Positions 59,759 through 64,000 of a stretch of DNA of 64,000 nucleotides are shown here, in pieces; the first letter of the stretch is position 1; every line of letters starts with the position of its first letter. The DNA is from Promethearchaeota archaeon (GTDB lineage Archaea > Asgardarchaeota > Lokiarchaeia > Sigyniarchaeales > SOKP01): contig JAUVXW010000014.1 of assembly GCA_030603385.1 (NCBI GenBank), forward strand, positions 17,402 to 81,401. The letters are read 5' to 3'. The notes beneath the pieces were generated by a model that saw only the letters and a program-made list of their open reading frames with translations, searched no databases and had not been told where the DNA came from. The translations under genes and the position numbers were made by a program.

Positions 59759-60238
59759 TTATAGTGTAATCCATACATCTAGTGGATTTTCAACTTTTGG
59801 TCCCAAAGACTGAAATGATTCATGCTTGAAGTGAACATCACATGAATATATGACTTCGATTTCTTTATAGATTGGTAAGATACAGAGATAATCCCAGATA
59901 TGGATTCCACTTTTTAGGCTCATTTCTAAAGCTTTATTTACATGTTTGATTGTATTCTTATGCCAGATAATAAATTCACTTGTTAGTAATTGAAAACAAT
60001 ATCTTTGTACATTATTTAATGGGATTCGCATCCCTCGAAAACCTAAGATATGAAATATTTCACAAAGTTGATGGTATGTCATAAATATTTCATTTTGACT
60101 TATTTGGTTTTTTAAAAATTTTTTAGCTTTTTCATGGAAATTGCTAGCATTCTGAAAATCTGATTCCTTTGAAAATTTTTCGGATTTAGGTTTCTTTTTA
60201 GAAAAAATCCAAATTTCAGTATCTATAAAAACTCTCAT
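59759..60238 (-). CDS. vapC: PIN-domain VapC toxin
   Basis: MRVFIDTEIW, CEIF, IHIWDY, IYSCDVHF, ENPL; likely start 60238. Confidence 0.8.
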   Translation of the reverse strand: MRVFIDTEIWIFSKKKPKSEKFSKESDFQNASNFHEKAKKFLKNQISQNEIFMTYHQLCEIFHILGFRGMRIPLNNVQRYCFQLLTSEFIIWHKNTIKHVNKALEMSLKSGIHIWDYLCILPIYKEIEVIYSCDVHFKHESFQSLGPKVENPLDVWITL

Positions 60239-60239
60239 T

Positions 60240-60518
60240 CTATACACCAATATCTTCAAAATCATATTCTTTAAAATCATCTGGTCCCGCACCTTCAACA
60301 GTTTCTTCTAATAATTCAAGAAATTTCTTTCTATCTTGCTTAAGTTTTAAACTTTTCGATGAATTTTTTTCTGTATCTTTTTGTTTTTCTTCCAAAAGAT
60401 AATTTATTGCCCCTTCTAAGGTCACTCTTTTACCCCTCTCTTTAATCAATTCCCCTGCTAAACGATGCAATTTTTCAAGAGTCTTTTTTGATACTTTTAT
60501 AGTTGTATTTTTACTCAT
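60240..60518 (-). CDS. VapB-type RHH antitoxin
   Basis: NTTIKVSKKTLEKL...VTLEGAINYLL; 1 bp from the toxin start; AAAGTATACTTT palindrome at 60546-60557 upstream. Confidence 0.75.
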   Translation of the reverse strand: MSKNTTIKVSKKTLEKLHRLAGELIKERGKRVTLEGAINYLLEEKQKDTEKNSSKSLKLKQDRKKFLELLEETVEGAGPDDFKEYDFEDIGV

Positions 60519-60595
60519 GTGATATATATAGTATATTGAGTATATAAAGTATACTTTCTTATTTTTAAATATGGAGAAAATCTTAAATCTTTCAT

Positions 60596-60850
60596 TTAAG
60601 AGATTAATATATTAGTATCAATGATGAGCTTCATTTTTCTAAATTTCTCAGATATTCCTTATGTTTTTCCCCGCTTCTTTTAGTAATTTCATTGCTAATT
60701 TCTTCCACGTCGTCCAAAGTCAACTTACTTTTTGAAGTTAAATCTTCAGCGTTTTAGTGCTGACCGTGCAATTGAGTCCCATTTAATTTCTGGATGTTTT
60801 TTCATTTTTTCATATTAAGTTGCTGGAATATTAAGTTTTAGCTCTGTCAT
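60596..60850 (-). pseudogene. Decayed vapBC pair
   Basis: MTELKLNIPAT*YEKMKKHPEIKWDSIARSALKR* then frameshifted LTSKSKLTLDDVEEI...LEK*, coupled through ATGA to the PIN start MKLIIDTNILIS*. Confidence 0.8.
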
Positions 60851-61000
60851 GTCTTATTTAAAGTAAAAATACTATCTTAAGTATGTATTCTTTATGATTA
60901 TTCTTTCAATCCCACCCCGAATCCATAAAAATGTCACCAAGAGTGGAAATTTAGGCTGGAATAGACAAGCAAAAAAATTTGGATTATTAATTTATTGGTA

Positions 61001-61058
61001 TCCTTTCCAAGAGCGCCAATTATAATTAATTTCTTTTTCTTAATAGATACAAACCATT
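61001..61058 (-). pseudogene. Degenerate second copy of the arcE 5' end
   Basis: 44/58 nt ungapped identity to 59615-59672; reads IKKKKLIIIGALGKD versus MKKKKVVIIGALGMD. Confidence 0.75.
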
Positions 61059-61126
61059 CTAATAGTATTCGGTTTTTCTTAAAATATAAGATAGCTATAA
61101 ATATGTGTATGTATACATATATACAT

Positions 61127-61366
61127 ATGACTTCAAAAAATATTAGTATTACCGAGGATGTTTATAACAAATTACTTAAAATTAAACGCAACAATGAAAG
61201 CTTTTCAGAGCTATTCTTGAGGCTCTTAAAGATACAAAAAAGTACACTTGAAAAATCTTTTGGAGCATGGAATCTTTCAGAAGCTGAAAAAAAAGAGATT
61301 TGGGCAAGTTTATCAATGCGCAATGCAAGAAATTGGAATAAATCAAATTTAGAGGATTTTAAATGA
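61127..61366 (+). CDS. vapB: VapB antitoxin (DUF217-like)
   Basis: MTSKNISITEDVYNKLLKIKRNNESFSELFLRLL; TATGTATACATA palindrome at 61108-61119; the ORF-track extension to 60995 is spurious. Confidence 0.85.
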   Translation: MTSKNISITEDVYNKLLKIKRNNESFSELFLRLLKIQKSTLEKSFGAWNLSEAEKKEIWASLSMRNARNWNKSNLEDFK

Positions 61367-61770
61367 TTATTCTCGATACTTCTGCCTGCATCGATTATTT
61401 AAGTGGAAATAAAGAAATCAAAAAAGTAATTGAAGATCTAGAAGATCTGATTCACATTACTTCTATAACTGTCTATGAAATGAATATAGGGTTTGAAAGG
61501 ACTAAACGCAAAATTTCTGAGAATAGATTTAAGCAGCTTTACAAACCTTGGTTAGAATTTATAAGTAGTATGGAGATCTTTCCTTTAGGATATAAAGAAG
61601 CTGAAAGGGCGGCCGAGATTTGTGATATTTTAGAGGCCCAAGGGCAAGGAATAGATGATAACGACATTCTTATTGCAGGTATCATGTTAACAAATGGGAT
61701 TAAGGAATTAATAACTAGAAATGTAAGTCATTTTAAAAGAATTGAAGGTATAGATATCATAAAATACTAG
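61363..61770 (+). CDS. vapC: PIN-domain VapC toxin
   Basis: MIILDTS, TVYE, DNDILIAG, ITRNVSHFKRI; ATGA overlap with vapB. Confidence 0.9.
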   Translation: MIILDTSACIDYLSGNKEIKKVIEDLEDLIHITSITVYEMNIGFERTKRKISENRFKQLYKPWLEFISSMEIFPLGYKEAERAAEICDILEAQGQGIDDNDILIAGIMLTNGIKELITRNVSHFKRIEGIDIIKY

Positions 61771-61954
61771 TAACTTTATAATGAGAGTATTCTGTTCCAT
61801 CCCGAATCGATTAAAATGAACCTTAGAAATATAATCTCTTTCACCATTAATAAAAACATCTTAAAATTACTTTTTATCTTATAAATTTTCTATTTTATCA
61901 TATGGCTAAAAAAATCGAAAATCCAGAAGAATTTTTACAAAAGAACGTTTAGTT

Positions 61955-63091
61955 TTAGATAGATAATAATTGATAAGTTTTACCCGTTTTAAGAAAAGCT
62001 TTGAAGTTTTCTGGTCTGCAATTGGGAGGTACTTCACAACCAGATGCTAAAATATGCCCTCCATCAACTCCAAGTTTGTCAATAAGTTTTTTAACGTAAT
62101 CTTCGACTTGTTTTTGGCTTCCAATAGAAAATAAAGATCCACTAACATCACTCATAAGGCATAAATGATCTTTAAGGATTTCTTTAGCTCTGAATATATC
62201 TGTTAGTCCATCAAGGTCAATTATACATGAAGCTCTTGGTAGTTCCTTAAAATAAGGAATATTTAAATCCCAACATTGATCAAGATGAAGCCAAGATATT
62301 ATTCCTTCATCGTATAAACTTTCTACTATTCTTTTAGTATATGGCCACCAGAATCGTTCAAAAATTTTCAAGGGATAAATAGCCCCTTCTGCTCTCTCTT
62401 CAGGGATAAAAACCACATTGCCACCATTATATTTGCATTGTGCTGTAACACTTTTTATAAATTCATCCGTCATTGTATCGAGTGCGGCATCAACCAATTC
62501 AGGTCTATAATAGAGATCTTGTGTGAATTTGAGCATTGACCGATTTAACGAAAGAGTGAAAAAAGGATGGACTCGATTGGCTCCTGCCCTTAAACCAATT
62601 TTTCTTTTTACAATCCATTCTTCACCAGCTTTCAACCCTAATTCAAAGAATTGCTTTCTAGCCTTATCTACATCCTCAGGTGTCCAATCACTGATGCGAT
62701 AGATATACTCATTTGAGACAAATTTAGACCAACCAATATCTGTAACAGTTTTATAATCTTCTACTTTCATCCATTCTCCTTCATCAAACTGCCCAAAATA
62801 ATTGTCGGGCAATTCTTGTCCCGGTGCTTTAAATTTAAATCCTCCTAGTAAATATCCCGGTTTAACAAGGGGATATGTTGTGTATGCATCCCATCCTCCA
62901 AACTCATCAAAAAATTTAAGCATTACCTCAAGGCCTTTAATTGGTTCTTTATGCATTTCCGCTGTAGATAATCCATAATATGCTGCAGCTAGGTCCATCC
63001 CTACAAGAGGACTAATTGGCACCCGGTCTGGTTCTTCCAAATTTATTGCGGCATTTATTCTCTCTTCTGAACTCATATATTCTTCTTTCAT
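61955..63091 (-). CDS. Uroporphyrinogen decarboxylase-like MtaA/CmuA-family methylcorrinoid methyltransferase
   Basis: ERINAAINLEEPDRVP, DLYYRPE, FERFWWPY, HLD, ILASGCEVP..C.PEN. Confidence 0.75.
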   Translation of the reverse strand: MKEEYMSSEERINAAINLEEPDRVPISPLVGMDLAAAYYGLSTAEMHKEPIKGLEVMLKFFDEFGGWDAYTTYPLVKPGYLLGGFKFKAPGQELPDNYFGQFDEGEWMKVEDYKTVTDIGWSKFVSNEYIYRISDWTPEDVDKARKQFFELGLKAGEEWIVKRKIGLRAGANRVHPFFTLSLNRSMLKFTQDLYYRPELVDAALDTMTDEFIKSVTAQCKYNGGNVVFIPEERAEGAIYPLKIFERFWWPYTKRIVESLYDEGIISWLHLDQCWDLNIPYFKELPRASCIIDLDGLTDIFRAKEILKDHLCLMSDVSGSLFSIGSQKQVEDYVKKLIDKLGVDGGHILASGCEVPPNCRPENFKAFLKTGKTYQLLSI

Positions 63092-63093
63092 TT

Positions 63094-63756
63094 TTAAATT
63101 CCTCCCCGTGCTCTAATTACAACTCTTGCTTTAATTGTCTCCAAACAATATTGAACACCTTCCATGGCATCTATCGTTTGAAAATCTGCTCCAATATAAT
63201 CTTTCACCAGTGAGGTTGTGATTCCTCCACCCACCAATATCTTCAATTTATCGCGGAATCCAGCTTCTTTCAATCTATCAATTATCTCTTTCATTGGATC
63301 AAAGGTTATTGTAAGAAGAGATGAAAATCCTAGAAAATCGGGTTGAATTTCTTTTACTTTCTCAACTACAATATCTGGATTAACATCTACACCTAAATCA
63401 TAAACCTCAAAACCTTCTAATTTAAGAAGAGTAGCGAGGATATTTTTGCCTAAATCATGAATATCTCCCTGGATTGTAGCAAGTATTATTTTACCTTTAA
63501 TATTTCCCTCTATTTTTTTTTCCCCTAAATAAGGTTCGATAAGTTCCATAGCTTCTTTAAAAAGATCACCTGAGAGCATTAACTCCGCAAGAAAATATTC
63601 TTTTTTTTTATATCTCTCGCCTATCATTTCCATACCTTGCTTACATTCTTCGAATATCTTCATTGGATCTTCACTCTGATTAAGGCGTTCCTTTACTTCA
63701 GATAAAACTTTTTCACGTTCAAGCTCAATTAGATTTATTGTTAAATCTGATGACAT
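63094..63756 (-). CDS. Corrinoid (B12-binding) methyltransferase protein
   Basis: GMEMIGERY..EYFLAELM cap domain; GDIHDLGKN; DLGVDV; SSLLT; VGGG. Confidence 0.9.
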   Translation of the reverse strand: MSSDLTINLIELEREKVLSEVKERLNQSEDPMKIFEECKQGMEMIGERYKKKEYFLAELMLSGDLFKEAMELIEPYLGEKKIEGNIKGKIILATIQGDIHDLGKNILATLLKLEGFEVYDLGVDVNPDIVVEKVKEIQPDFLGFSSLLTITFDPMKEIIDRLKEAGFRDKLKILVGGGITTSLVKDYIGADFQTIDAMEGVQYCLETIKARVVIRARGGI

Positions 63757-64000
63757 AATTACTGAAAAATGAAGGATGATATTTAAACCAATGGATTTGA
63801 TACTCTAATTCCACAGTAAGAATCGTTAAATTATTGTTAATATGCTAAGAATAATTAAAATTCGGTTAATTTTATAAACGAATTAACAATTATAAATTAA
63901 CCCCCTTTTTTGTTTTCTTACATTATAATCCCCCGTTCTAGTAGGTCGGCGCATTCTATGAGTTTTAGATTATTCATTAAAAAATTTCCCCTCACTTGTC

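Noticed and set aside
1-64000. CRISPR array, tRNA, rRNA, integron attC array
   Set aside because: No regularly spaced repeats, cloverleaf or rRNA-like GC-rich tracts were seen by eye. A covariance-model scan was not run.
63900-64000. Possible cobalamin riboswitch or SECIS-like hairpin upstream of the corrinoid gene
   Set aside because: Only GGGAA and a weak AUGA...AA stem are present; core motifs are missing, the region is truncated, and no in-frame TGA selenoprotein was found.

Overview
AT-rich archaeal chromosomal segment, most likely from an Asgard (Lokiarchaeia-type) archaeon. This is inferred from the tandem unprenylated Rab-like GTPases, three tungsten-type aldehyde:ferredoxin oxidoreductases (AOR), a Giardia-type OTC and dense small TA modules. 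Most genes serve anaerobic amino-acid and organic-acid catabolism: (i) a lysine fermentation operon of the Kat variant (kat, family-III CoA transferase, kce, methyltransferase, kdd, kamA, kamB, kamDE; no kal); (ii) an arginine synthetase (ArcE)-OTC-carbamate kinase operon that encloses a W-AOR and a proline-dehydrogenase-like pair, with ornithine aminotransferase nearby; (iii) acyl-CoA/alcohol/aldehyde genes, an HdrC-GltD-CCG nested fusion and a corrinoid methyltransferase pair. Accessory DNA comprises seven TA loci (several with inactivated toxins), one IS with 21-bp terminal inverted repeats, and an Endonuclease VII cassette that splits a palindromic tyrosine-recombinase/dif-like site while carrying a second copy of that site. 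Best candidates for new biology: the Arg/Pro operon with a putative glutamate-5-semialdehyde:ferredoxin AOR, and the dif-like site/EndoVII cassette. No rRNA, tRNA or CRISPR array was seen. All family calls come from motif reading and recalled sequences, not database searches.
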